63,889 nucleotides of DNA from Octopus bimaculoides (Eukaryota): NCBI RefSeq assembly GCF_001194135.2, contig NC_068981.1:57723240-57787128 (forward strand). The letters are read 5' to 3'. The notes below the pieces were generated by a model. The model did not search any database, was not told the DNA's origin, and saw nothing but the letters and a program-made list of their open reading frames with translations. Made by a program: the position numbers and the translations under genes. Shown piece after piece: positions 39,216 to 52,472 of the stretch (positions are counted from its first letter, which is position 1; every line of letters starts with the position of its first letter).

Positions 39216-39770
39216 TGACATTACACATCCATGTATATATACTTGCTATTGTACTAGCAATTATAAATCTGGCTACACTCCTTAAAACTACTAATCTCAT
39301 GGACAGTCATATGACCTTAGTAATGACCATAGCAACATCTTATTTTCTATGACCTTAGTAACACCTTGTCATTTTCTATTTACCTCTACTGTATTTTTTA
39401 TGTGCAGGTTCTTAATGTTAGTCATAAGTAAAATGTGTTTCAATTCACATATTCTGTCTTTTATGTATGCATATGAATAGTTTTTGATAGTGATCTTTTC
39501 TATATATGTAAAAGCTTTCCCAAATAAACTTGCACTTTGTTATATAAACTCTGAGCAATCTTGATGGTGATGCACAAGCTTTGAGTGTACTGCATCTTAT
39601 AGCAGAAACAGCTGTAAGCTAATGAAGTTCATTGCAAAATTTCCTTCTCCTTTGGCATTTATTTAATTTCATATATACACTATGTACTCAAAGTTTTATT
39701 CTGAAGCATATTTATATTGCATTCTAACACCAGATTATTATCACTATGTGAAGCATTAACATCTCTCTCT

Positions 39771-39812
<42 letters not shown>

Positions 39813-40479
39813 TAGGATATAACTCCCCAAAGGTCATCTTTAAAACACTAATTAGCAAGCAGTAACAAGAATAGTAGGATAAGAGAATGTAAAATTGCTT
39901 CATATTTATGAGGCTAAAAGTGCAAAAGATCACAAAAAAATATCAACTACATCCATTCTTATCTGACAATGCATTTGCTTCATTTGCTATGAACTAAATT
40001 CAGACACATTTCTGATAATTATATAATTCACACAACAAGAGAAAGCAATATATGCTGAGTTCTCAGAATATTATATTCAAGAGCAATAGTACTTCCAGAA
40101 GAAATGCCTTACAACATTTCTACCCTACAAATATCAAAGTACAAAACTCAAAGGGATAAATTTCATTTCTCATTTCCTCCCCATTAATAAAGTAAGTACT
40201 AAGAATACACTAGAGTTAAATTGGCAATACTTCACCCTTTAAAATAAGTTGGCTTTACGCCTTTTAAACATCAGTGATGGAACAATAGTAGTGTATTGGA
40301 TTAAATGCATTACAGTATCTAGTGATATCTTCCTCAGTCCCAAGATAAAACCTGCTGAGCTCCACTCTACTTTTTATCCCAATGTTGATAAAACAAATAG
40401 TTGTTATAGTCAAGTTGATTCCATCTAACACTTCCCACCTCTACAAATGTAAGCCTTGCACTTACTAAAATATGAGTAT

Positions 40480-40740
40480 AATCTTATATATAAATGGCAA
40501 TTTCTGTCTGTTACCATCTCTCCACCTATACCAGTGAACCAATCTTGATGAAACTTTGCATGCATGTTAAACTAATATCCAGTTCAATTATAAGCTAATT
40601 AGATTTTTAAAAAAATCGATAACAGACCCCTTATGGGGGTTGGGCTATTATATGACAAAATGAAAAGGGTGCAAAATGTTAGGTTGAGGGAAATGTGGTG
40701 GCATAACGAGTGGCTGATATTAGGGAAGGGGAGGAGTCAG
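40480..40740 (+). mobile_element. Possible non-autonomous Helitron-like fragment
   Basis: TCTTATATATAAATGGC...TCTGTCTG head and CCAATCTTGATGAAACTTTG internal motif recall small Helitron-derived repeats. Similar CTAATATAATAAATG...GTCAGTGTGTCACAC heads at about 44320-44380 and 44945-44985. Confidence 0.35.
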
Positions 40741-41269
40741 GAAAAGACAGAGACAGGGAATGCGAGATACAGAGAGAGAATGTGTTTACTGAAGGGAACA
40801 GTGAATTTTAATATTTTGTTCTTTAATTTTTACCTATCAGTTAACGCATACACTTTAGTGAATTAACTATTGTATGCTCAATCAAAACTTTTACAATATG
40901 TCCAACAACAGATATAAAACTAACAAGTGAAAGGTTAAGTGTTTTTATATTTGTTTTCAAATCACCATATTAAGATTTATTAAAACTTTACCAATGTACT
41001 GAAACAATAAAACTATGTCTTTCATTTTCTTCCATAGCTAAAACTGTTTCATTCTTAATATAAATTGAAAAATAACACACAATTCAAACTAGATATAAGA
41101 ATATAAAAACATTCAGAGGAGTTGTTTCTTTACATTGCACCTTTAATACTATTACATTGCACCTTCAATACTACTTATATGGAATTTTACATCATCCTAA
41201 AATTCTAATGGTTCAGAAAAATATTCAATTCAATCTTCCAATTTTCAATGCATGTAACTGTCTGTCTTT

Positions 41270-42150
41270 CTACTCCAAAGGTCCCGGTCACTAATCATTG
41301 CCTCAGTAAGGCCCAATGTTCGAAGTCATGCTTCACCACCTTATCCCAGGTTTTCCTGTCTACCTCTTCCACAGGTTCCCTCAACTGCTAGGGTGTGACA
41401 CTTTTTCACACAGCTATCCTCATTCATTCACAACACATGGACCATACCAGCGCAGTCGTCTCTCTTGCACACCACAACTGATGCTTCTTAAATTCAACTT
41501 TTCTCTCAGGGCATTTACACTGTTGTGTATGCACACTGACATTACACATCCAGCGGAGCATACTGGCTTCATTCCTTGCAAGCGTACGCATGTCCTCAGC
41601 AGTCACAGCCCATGTTTCACTGCCATGTAGCATGGCAGTTTGCACATGTGTCATACAGTCTACCTTTTACTCTGAGCGAGAGGTCCTCCAACCAGCAGAG
41701 GTAGGAGCTCTCTGAACTTTGCCCAGGCTATTCTTATTCTAGCAGCTACACTTTCAGAGCATCCACCCATGCTACTAACTTGGTTCCCTAGGTAACAGAA
41801 GCTATCAACTACTAGTTTTCCTCCCTAGAATGTGACAGAAGCTGAGCATTTGCCACGTACAAAAACTATTTTCCCAGTTAGCCTCCCTTTGATACTGCTA
41901 CACCTCTTATGTGTCCATAGCTTACACTGGGTACATCTTATGGAGTTTCTACCTACGCCTTTTCTACAGATCGAGCAAGTCCAACTATCTGAAGGGTCTT
42001 GTCTGCCTTCCTACTTATTAAGACTTTGGTTTTAGCTAGGTTGACTCTAAGGCCCTTCAATTCTAATCCTTGCTTCCAAACCTGAAACTTTTCCTCTAGT
42101 TCTCATAGTGACTCAGCAATTGGAGCAAGGTCATCAGCATAGATAACGTA
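41270..42150 (-). mobile_element. LINE RT-to-C-terminus fragment
   Basis: MLHGSETWAVTAEDMRTLARNEASMLRWMC. Confidence 0.88.
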
Positions 42151-42197
42151 GAAGTGCTCAAGTCAAACCTGAGGCGCCAGACAAGTATAGTGGATAG

Positions 42198-42417
42198 AAT
42201 GAAAAAAAGTTCAAATCAGGCAGGCTACAATTAACACATACATACATGGGTTTAATTAAGATAAAATAAGGATTGTCCGAACTGAAATGTATACTTTTAT
42301 ATTTCTAATATATCAATATCAATATATGTTTCAGTTCAGACAATCCTTATTTTATCTTAACTAAACCTGTATATATATGTGTTAATCGTAGTCTGCCTGA
42401 TTTGAACTTTTTCCATT
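42198..42417. repeat. AT-rich fold-back hairpin, about 95-bp arms
   Basis: AAAAAGTTCAAATCAGGCAG...GAACTGAAA versus TTTCAGTTC...CTGCCTGATTTGAACTTTTT. Confidence 0.9.
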
Positions 42418-42419
42418 CA

Positions 42420-43650
42420 TCATCATCATCATCGTTTAACGTCCGCTTTCCATGCTAGCATGAGTTGGACGATTTGACTGAGGACTAGTGAACCAGATGG
42501 CTACACCAGGCTCCAATCTGATTTGGCAGAGTTTCTACAGCTGGATGCCCTTCCTAATGCCAACCACTCCGAGAATGTAGTGGGTGCTTTTACGTGCCAC
42601 TGGCACCGAAATGGTGTATTTTACATGCCACCTACACAAGGGCCAGTCCAGCGGTACTGGCAACGAACTCACTCGAATGTCTTTTCACGTGTCACTGGTA
42701 CAAGGACCAGGAAGGCGACGGTGGTAACAGTCACGCTCAAATGATGCTATTTACGTGCCACCGGCACGAAAGCCAGACAGCTGGTGCTCTGGCAACGATC
42801 ACGCTCGGACGGTGCTCTTAGTGATTTACTGGTACTGGTGCCATCACGATTTCGCTTTCGCTTGCCCCAACAGGTCTTCGCAAGCCGAGTTTAGTGTTCA
42901 ATGAAGACGTTGGCATGGGTGCCAGTCTACAAATTTAGTTCGGTTTCGATTTCACTTGCCTCAACAGGCCTTCACAAGTGGAGTTTAGTGTCCAAAGAAG
43001 GAATGTTACGCATAAGTGGGCTGGCTACGCCCCTNNNNNNNNNNNNNNNNNNNNNNNNNNNNNNNNNNNNNNNNNNNNNNNNNNNNNNNNNNNNNNNNNN
43101 NNNNNNNNNNNNNNNNNNNNNNNNNNNNNNNNNNNNNNNNNNNNNNNNNNNNNNNNNNNNNNNNNNNNNNNNNNNNNNNNNNNNNNNNNNNNNNNNNNNN
43201 NNNNNNNNNNNNNNNNNNNNNNNNNNNNNNNNNNNNNNNNNNNNNNNNNNNNNNNNNNNGGGCCTGCCTCTTCCACGGGTTCCCTCAACTGCTAGGGTGT
43301 GGCACTTTTTCACACAGCTATCCTCATCCATTCTCGCCACATATCCATACCAGCACAATCGTCTCTCTTGCACACCACAACTAATGCTTCTTAGGTTCAA
43401 CTTTTCTCTCAAGGTACTTACACTCTGTCGGGTATGCACACTGACATTACTCATCCATCGGAACATACTGGCTTCATTCCTTGCAAGCTTACGCATGTCC
43501 TCAGCAGTCAAGGCCCATGTTTCACTGCCATGTAGCATGGCTGTTCATACACATGCGTCATACAGTCTGCCTTTTACTCTGAGCGAGAGGCCCTTTATCA
43601 CCAGTAGAGGTAAGAGCTCTCTGAAACTTTGCCCAGGCTATTCTTATGTA
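42420..43650 (-). mobile_element. LINE 3' part with 3'UTR and (GAT)n tail, spanning an assembly gap
   Basis: MLHGSETWALTAEDMRKLARNEASMFRWM...ERRLCWYGYVARM on one side of the gap; the abundant tail module (CATCATCATCGTTTAACGTCC on +) on the other. Confidence 0.8.
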
Positions 43651-44457
43651 TATTGAATTAGAGGGAATCACCCATATTATGCACACCACCAACAAAATTG
43701 AGAAAGTCACTGCTCGATACAATATGTCTTAAAAACTTATTATATTACTATATTCCATAACATAGTATATTACCAATGTGAGACTGCACTGTTTTAGTAA
43801 CTTCGCCTCAGCTATGTTATGGATATTTATCATGTTCAACATCACTACATTTTATTTCTTGATCACTTTTAGTTTTGCTGAGTAGAATATACTTTGCTAA
43901 TGAGGTAAAATGAGTTTGAAACATGTCTATTGCTTATACCAGCTAGCTTTGAAGACTAGATCCACTCAAATCTGTATTATTAATATTGTCACAAAAATAT
44001 CAATCAAAACTACAACTGGTAGTAATTTCTAAATTAGTAGTAAAATAAATTTCTTATATTAGTATAAGACACTATATTTCAAGAAAAAAGGAAATGAGAC
44101 TGTGTTATGACCAAGCTTCTCTTGTGGACATTAAATTCATAGATGATCAGAAATGATTTCAACAATAACAAGCAGATTACTGACTTAAGCTACTAGGAAT
44201 ATATGCATAGTCTAATGTATCTGCCATACATCAAAAAGATACTGATCACTTTCAAAAGACACCAGAAAATTTATCACAAGTGAAGATATATAAGTTACTT
44301 GAAACAAGCTCAACACACTTCTAATATAATAAATGAGAAAACTAATTTCTGTGTGTCAGTGTGTCACACTTTGACCCCTTCTCTTACTATTCAATGACAC
44401 TTCATCATGCTGGGGTGAGAGTAATAGCGGGCATAGAGATGGTGAGGGTGGTGGTGA

Positions 44458-44494
<37 letters not shown>

Positions 44495-46180
44495 AAGAAT
44501 AAGAGAGGGAGAGAAAGAGAGACAGAGAAATTTAAGAAGATTTGATGATGTTTCATTAAAAGTAGTAGTGTTGATGGTGGCAATAGGAGAGAGAGAGTGG
44601 GTATGTGAGAGAAAGAGGGAGATGATGTACAACTTTCCTGAACAGCAATTCCTGTGGCCAGCATAATGACCCAACTACTAAACACTATCATTTTCCTTTT
44701 ATTTTTAGCTTTAATACATACATACATATATATATATCACCCACTACACTCTCGGAGTGGTTGACGTTAGGAAGGGCATCCAGCTGTAGAAACTCTGCCA
44801 AATCAGATTGGAGCCTGGTGTAGCCATCTGGTTCACCAGTCCTCAGTCAAATCGTCCAACCCATGCTAGCATGGGAAGTGGACATTAAACGATGATGATG
44901 ATGATGATTTTAATTAAAATACAGTTTCCCTAAAATTAAACATATCTAATATAATAAATGAACGTCAGTGTGTCACACTTTTCAACTTTACTCCTAGAGG
45001 CCGTAGCCCAACTTATACCATTTTGGAATCAGGCTGACTCTTTGAGTAAATAAAAAACATTCCAGACCGAATCCAGACCTGCAATCCTGAAATTTTGGAT
45101 TCCTACGTTTTCGTTACTGTGACTGTTTTCAACGATATTTTTTTACATGATTTTTAGCGATGAATATGATCATCTTTGGAATATGACTCTGGAGGAAGCA
45201 ATTGTAACAAATTCTCCAAAACAAGTCTGAGATCTGTTTGCAAATCTTCCCATTTGGGATTAGTTACTTAGCTTAAAAGCCATCCAATAGGGCAGCTTTT
45301 AAGCTTGTCCTGTATACATTTCAAAGCCCTACTTCCACCTCCAAAAGTCTGAATGGCTAAGTTTATCCACAAATACTTACAGAATCAAAAACTGAAAATT
45401 TTTTTGCGTATCATTTATTTATTAATGAGCACAGAATAGTAGAGAACCTATAGTGAACTCAGTCTGTGACTCAGATTCAAGTACACAATTATAGTTTTAT
45501 ATTTATTGGGGCACAGAGATTTCAAATCCGATTCCTACCCACTCCCATTCATAGGTACCTCTGATCACATGAAGTCATGCAATTGGCTATTATGCAATTA
45601 GTATTATTTGATAAATTTTGTGTCTCTCAAGCTTTCATTGCACTATTTTGTCATTCAAAACTGCAAAACGATACACAAAGGAGAACATTAAATGAAATTT
45701 AATCACTCAAATTCAAGGAAAATTAGTGCTGGTCTACATTGATAAGGTTGTTGCTTGTATCTTTAAAAATGAATATCTAATGTCTCATTTTACATTCCCT
45801 AAATGAGCTAATGAGGAAGCCTCTGTGTAACTATCTGACCTGCTTGAAATAGCACTTTCATATCATACTCTACTTGCCTTGAAGAAAGAAAGGAAGTACA
45901 TAGTGGATAATGTAGTCCTAAAAATGTAATGCCTAAGAAAAAGGTAGGATGGTCATGACAAATGTTTGACTATACATATGCTTGATTAGTTTGATATAAC
46001 AACAACTGAAGATCACAATGGATAATGCAATCTTAGACACAGTATGTCTGAGAAAAAAATGTGGTAGTCACAGATGGAATGGTTTAAATTACACGATAGT
46101 TCTCACGGGGCCACACAACAACTGATATACCTCACTTTAGCTTTTTACTAATGTTATAATTTGAATACAAATTACATTCA

Positions 46181-46679
46181 TTAACCCTTTTGCTTCCACA
46201 TTTCTGTTAAAATACACTGTCTTTATCTCAGTTAATTTTGAAAATATCAAAGATTTTAAAAATAACTTTGTTAGTCATTATTAAGCTAGCAGAAATTAAC
46301 AAGGAACTTTGATAGATGGTTTTAATTTCATCATCATCATCATTTAGAGTCTGCTTTCCATGTTGGCATGGGTTAGATGGTTTGACTGAAACTGGTAAGC
46401 TGGAGGGCTGCACCAGATTTCAATCTGATTTGGCATGGTTTTGAGGGCTGAATGCCCTTCCTAACATCAACCACTCAGAGTGTAATGGATGCTATTTATG
46501 TGCCACCAGCACATGTGCCAGTTACGTGACACCAGCATCGGTCAGAACTACGATTTCACTTGGCTTTGCAAGTCTTCTCAAGCACTGCATATTGCCAAAA
46601 TCTTGGATAACTTTAAAATAGAAAATTAATATCAGAGAACCATAGGTAGTCTCAGGTGGATTAGGATCAAAAGGGTTAA
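46181..46679. mobile_element. Second TTAA MITE family, with a nested LINE-tail element
   Basis: TTAA|CCCTTTTG...CAAAAGGG|TTAA; insert at about 46326-46590; related partial copy at 48413-48620. Confidence 0.75.
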
Positions 46680-47106
46680 CATATTTTTTTTCATTTCTGT
46701 TTCACAAGCTCCATTAACTTATCCATTCAAAAAAGAACTAAAGACCAAGAAAGATAGCAATAACCATTATTTCATTTGCTCTATATATACAAATATATTT
46801 GTTCATTTAATGTCAAACCTATGCCTGCATGGATTTGAGTGATCAATAATAATATCAACAAGGATTGTAAGCATCCTTCATGCATATTCACACACACACA
46901 CACAGATTTCCATCAACTTCCATGTGTGTGTGCTTATATCCTCTTGTCTTCACATCATGCTATATTTGTAAATGAGCATCATCGTCATACAAGCAGTGTC
47001 ACTCAATTCCAATCTTCTGTAAAGATGTCAAGCCATAGGGAAATATTACTTTGCTTGGAAACAGGTGAAGGTTGGTGACTGGAAAGGCATTCACCCATAG
47101 TGATCA

Positions 47107-47620
47107 AATCTTTAAATGATTACATGGCAAAAATTAAGCAATTGCCTAATGCACATAACCTTGCAGACAAAACAAAGAACATTTATGAAACAAGCATTCC
47201 CACAAATGCAAGAATCTTCACAAATATGATTACCAAGACATACAAAAAACTTGCACCACCACATTCAATGACATAAAGATAGAGGCAAAAAAGTTAGCTA
47301 TCCACCTTGATGTAGAGGATCGTGTGAACAGCTGCTCACCCCCATTTACACTTAAGGACCATAAACTTAATTTCCTCTCCAACCCTAAATGCAGGCTGAT
47401 CAACCCCTCTAAAAGTGAGATAGGTATTGTTAGTAAACGCATTTTTGATACTATCAACTTGGACATTAGAAGAGCTACAGAGTTGATTCAATGGGATTCC
47501 AGTGCAACTGTGATTGACTGGTTCTGCAGTATCAAGAATAAATCAGCCTGCAGATTCACAGTTTGACATCATAGACTTTTACTTTTCTATATTGAAACCC
47601 CTCCTGAGGGGTATAAGTGA
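47107..47620 (+). mobile_element. Penelope-like element RT N-terminal fragment
   Basis: LADKTKNIY, FTLKDHKLNFLSNPKCRLINPSKSEIGIVSKRIFD...QW...VIDWF...FDIIDFY are characteristic PLE RT motifs. Confidence 0.88.
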
Positions 47621-48029
47621 TCTCAATGTCAGTATCATTATGAACACCAGAAAGTAAATCTTAGTTCATGACAATTCCCTCTGGGTGAAGAAAGAGGACC
47701 ATCCACCCACTATCAGAACTAGAGAAGAAATTTCAGGTATGGAAGCACAGACTGGAATCAAAGGGCCTAGAGTTAATTTAACAAAGATAAAAGTATTGAT
47801 AAGTAGGAAAACGAACAAATCGAAGATCCCTTCAAGATGCCTTTGCTCAATATGTAGAAATGGTGCCAGGAGAAACTCCATAAGGTACTAGATATGGACA
47901 CATAGGAGGTGCAGCAGTATCACTGGAAGACTAACAAAGAAAGTAGTTTTTACATGTGACAGATGCGTGGGTACATTATACACCAGTAACGTACAAAAAT
48001 AGATTCCCTCAAATGTCATGTTGATGTAA

Positions 48030-48412
48030 ACCGTCTCTTTCAGGTATCCCCACAAGAAAAAATTTGGGCTAGTCAAGTCTGGAGAACGTGAAGGCCAATT
48101 GACATTGCTGTAGCAGATTATTCTCTCTCCAAGGCACTGCCATAGCGACTGCATTGTTTCTCTTGCAGTACGAGCAGTTGCTCCATCTTGCTGGAACCAT
48201 GTGTGAGGTCTGCTTTGAATGACCTTCATGTTCCCCAGACTTGACTAGCCTGGATTTTTTCTTGTGGGGATACCTGGAAGAATAACAAACTGGAGACCCT
48301 AGTGGAGAACATCAATAGAGAAATCAGAGAAGTGGGGTGTGAAACTCTTGAGAGTGTTATAGTACAAGTTTTGGAAAGAGCACAGGTGTGTGAAGCTGAA
48401 AATGGCTGCCAT
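48030..48412. mobile_element. Tc1/mariner-superfamily transposase C-terminal fragments in two opposite orientations
   Basis: Minus strand: WFQQDGATA...NWPSRSPDLTSPNFFLWGYLK. Plus strand: PDLTSLDFF...ETLVENINREI...AENGCHL. Confidence 0.8.
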
Positions 48413-48986
48413 TTAACCCTTTTGTTACGAACCCGGCTGAAACTGGATCTGGCTTATGTCTTGTTTTCATAAGTTTTGAATAAAATCTTCCACCAAATCT
48501 TAGTCCCAATTTATGTTCCTAACACTCGCTGAATGATAACTAAGTTATTTTACAAAATTCTTTGTTATATTTAAAGTAATTGAAAGAAACACAGAGCATC
48601 TCAAAATAAATACCCAATGTGTCATGCAGATATATATGACCACTTCCATCCTCTTTTTGTAACCATTCTCTCCCCAACTCTTGCAACCATTACTCCACTT
48701 CTTGATTCTTGTCACCACACATTCTCTTACATTCTTGGACATATTATCTTAAGTATATGCTTTGACCTGACCATCATTTTTTTCTTTCTGGCATCATTCT
48801 ACCCACCCCAAACACCCATAAATAATGCTGGGTAGCCTTGGATCTCCACTTACTCAACCCACACTGCCATCCTGCTTTTCACTCTTTAACTTTCACCAAC
48901 TAAAGACCACTGAGATTTCTCTTCCTCTTTCCCTTTTATTACTCCTTTTCCTAACACAACAACAAACTTTCACCTTCCACCATACT

Positions 48987-49207
48987 TTAATCCTTTAACA
49001 GTCAGATTTCTGTAAATGTAATTCTTATTTATTCACATTGATAAAAATTAGCCATGCTAATGTAGCTCTGAGATTTCAATGATGTGATTGTTTATTTTTA
49101 GAATAATATTGTGGGGTAAGTGTGAGAGGCCAGATCTGACCAGTTTGAAGATGAAACAGGTAGATTACTTTGACCAAATATGGCTGGTTAAAATGCTAAA
49201 GGGTTAA
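48987..49207. mobile_element. piggyBac-type MITE, same family
   Basis: TTAA|TCCTTTAACA...TGCTAAAGGG|TTAA. Confidence 0.75.
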
Positions 49208-49675
49208 ATTCTCAACACTTCATCTAGTGATCATCTCTTCTATTATTAACCCTTTCAATTGCAGAGGTGGGATGGTCTTTTTTATTCTTGTAAGTTACAA
49301 GGCAACCTCACTAGTAGTGGTGGCATGTAAGAAACACTCAGAATGCCCTACAAAGTAGCTGGCTTTAAGAAGAGCATCCAATGGTAGAAACCATGCCAAA
49401 ACTGAAACATTGGAACAAGATGTTCTCTGATCTGTTGGACCCAGTCAAACTGTGCAATCCATACCAGACGAAAAAAAAGACATAAAATGATGATGATGAT
49501 GATGATGGTGTGTGTGTGTCCACGCTCATATGCTTTCATCAACTAAATGGAATTCACTGAGGCAGAATTTCTACAATCAGATTCTTTTCATTAGCCCACA
49601 ACTGTTACCAAGCAAGATAATATTTCCCCTTAGCTAGACATGTTTTTCACAGAAAATAGACATTGCTTAGACAAT

Positions 49676-50545
49676 CATCATCATAAATTAACGTCTGTTT
49701 TCCATGCTGGCATGGGTTGCATGGTTTGACTGAGGTCTGGAGAGCCAGCGGCTGCACCAGGCGCCAATCTGGTCAGGCAGAGTTTCTACAGCTGGATGCC
49801 CTTCCTAATGCCAACCATGCCGAGAGTGTAGTGGGTGCTTTTTACATGCCACCAGCACAGGAGCCAGTAAGGCAAACCTGGCAACAAATACATTCGGATG
49901 GTGCTTTTTCACATGCCACTGGCACAGGAGCCAGTCGGGGGTACTGGCATTGGTCACAATTGGTTGGTGCTTTTTACGTGCCACTGGCACAGGAGCCAGT
50001 CAGGTGGACCTGGCATCGACCACGTTCGGATGGTGCTTTTTACGTGCCATCAGCATAGGAACCAGTCAAAGAGCACTAGCTCCAGCTGCGATATTGGTTT
50101 TACTTGACTCAACAAGTCTTCTCAAGCATATCATATCACCAGACACATCAGGAGTGTTCTTCCCCTGGCATGTGATGGAATCTGTTTACGGTACATCTTC
50201 AGTGTTTATTGCCCTAGTCTATCTGCCTCACACAAAAACTATTTTCCCAGTTAACCTTCTTTTGATATTGCTGCACCTTTTATGTGTCCATAGCTTACAC
50301 TGGGTACACTGTATGGAGTTTCTACCCACACCATTTCTACAGATTGAGCAGGGCCATCTACCTGAAGTGGGGGTTGTGATTTGACAGCCTTCATACTTAC
50401 TAAGACTTTGGTTTTGGCTAGGTTAACCCTAAGGCCCTTCGATTCTAGACCTTGCTTCTCTACCCTAAACTTTGTCTCCTGTTCTGGCAGTGACTCAGCT
50501 ATTAGAGCAAGGTCATTAGCATAGAGGAGCTCCCTACAACTATCA
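49676..50545 (-). mobile_element. LINE RT fragment joined to a 3'UTR with a 66-bp tandem array and terminal module
   Basis: ELLYANDLALIAES...GLRVNLAKTKVL. GGTGC unit starts at 49834, 49900, 49966 and 50032. Confidence 0.85.
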
Positions 50546-51158
50546 CATGCTGAGACAAGGAGACACATGATCACACACTCAAAGACACACACACACAATG
50601 GATTTCTTTCAATTCGTTCACATGGTTTCAGCTGACCTGTGGCCATAATAGGAGACACTTGGAAAAAGTGTCTAGGTGCCACACCTAGAACAGGATGTGT
50701 GAGAAGCAAGCTTCCTATCTGTACAGTCACAGGTTTGACTACACTCACACACACACACACATATATATGTATTCAACTTCTAAAAATCATACTATTCACT
50801 TAAAAACATTTCCTTTCAGAAAACTACGAAAGAATACTTTACATAGGAAATCATAAATAGAATATTTTCTTAATTCAATGACTTCTAACTGTAATTTATT
50901 TTGGACTGAAAGGTCATGACATTTGTAGGTTATCTTTCTCGCTCTATCTATCTCAATCCAGCATATATTGATAAGCTGTTTTCCTTTCAGAGTTAAACTA
51001 AATGCAGTGTAAATATTAACATACAAAAGATCTTATTAATACTGTATAGTTTTCTTTGAAGTAACATTACGTACCTTTCCTTAACAAACATTATCTTCAA
51101 GCTACAGTTCATTATAATGTTGTTGAAAGATCTATAAGAAATAGCAGCCAAATTTCCC

Positions 51159-51384
51159 TTAACCATTTAGTGTTCAGATTATTCTATCAAACGCAATGCT
51201 TATTTATTCACATTATTTTGAATCAATCATGCATTATCTCATATCTCTGAGATTTCAATGGTGTGATTGTTTAATGTAGAATAACATTGTAGGGTAGGTA
51301 TGAGTCTGGATTTGGTCAGTTTCAACATAGAAACAAGTGGAATATTTTGGCCAGATATGGCCAGTTTAAATGCCAAAGGGTTAA
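51159..51384. mobile_element. piggyBac-type MITE, same family
   Basis: TTAA|CCATTTAG...TGCCAAAGGG|TTAA; internal sequence matches the other copies. Confidence 0.82.
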
Positions 51385-52472
51385 TCCACATGCCTCGATT
51401 ATCAAAAAGGTGAACCCTCATACTACCTTGGATACTATAACTTTAGATACAAGAATAGCTTAAGAAAAATAAGATGATTATAGTTGGATGCTTTCAGTCA
51501 TAGACCTGCATATTCAATCCCACCTAGGGCAAATAATTTTTTCTAAGGACAGAGGAAGGGTGAAAATCTGTCTAGAAATGGCGTTTTTTTATCAATGAAA
51601 ATACTTCAACAATGGGAATTTCGAAAACAATTTTCTCTTTATGTTGCATGTCTCGTCTCTCTGTTTTTTTTCATTGTTCAAAAAAAAGTTTGTTTTCTGT
51701 TTTCATTTCTCATTGTGTTAAACGTTTTTTTGTGATGTCCTGTACCCATATATGCATGTATGTATACATATAGACGTAGGTATGTACATATATGTATAGA
51801 TATATGCATATATAATTTCACACTTGTAAACAAATAGATTTGAATTCAGTCTTATTGGATATGTGAATCCTAATACACCTAACAAATTACTCAGGAGATT
51901 CTTAGTCAAAAAACTGAATTTTTATAATTTTATTATGGCCGAGAAATGAAACATTTGTATGCGATTTATATTTAATATTTATTATATTGTATTATTATAA
52001 TAATAATAATAATACTCATAACCACCACCATCATCGTTTAACATCCGTTTTCCATGTTGGCAGTGTTTCTACAGCTGGATGCCCTTCCTGACACCAACCA
52101 CTCCAAGAGTGTAGTGGGTGCTTTTTACATACCACCAGCACAGGGGCCAGAGGAGCTGGCATTGACTATGATTGGATGGTACTTTTTATGTGCCACCGGC
52201 ACAGAAGCCAGTCAAAGCGGCACAGGCATCGGCCACGTTCAGATGGTGCTTTTTACATGCTTCCGGCACGGGGCTCACAACTACAATTTCCATTTGATTT
52301 GATTTTGATATTGCTGATGTTGATGTATTTGACTCAATAGGTCTCGTCAAGCACGGCATGTCGCCCTAGGATCCAAAGTACTTTTGAGTGGGTTGGTTAT
52401 GCGACACTGGTGTAGGTTACAGCTGTGGACTCATTTTATTTGCCGGGTCTTCTCAGTTACAGCATACCTCCA

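Noticed and set aside
41360-43650. Two similar LINE copies near a gap as a haplotype-duplication artefact
   Set aside because: They differ at many positions and have different flanks, which fits independent copies.
42901-43656. Long ORFs (251 aa, 188 aa and others)
   Set aside because: They are open only because they cross 225 N; the real parts are LINE sequence.
49834-50062. Repeat-spacer-like array resembling CRISPR (also at 2340-2550 and 7120-7270)
   Set aside because: Animal intron, no cas genes, the variable parts are related to each other, and the array belongs to a LINE 3'UTR.
51541-51585. GGACAGA...TCTGTCT hairpin followed by AGAAA
   Set aside because: No CUGANGA before the stem; just a 7-bp hairpin.
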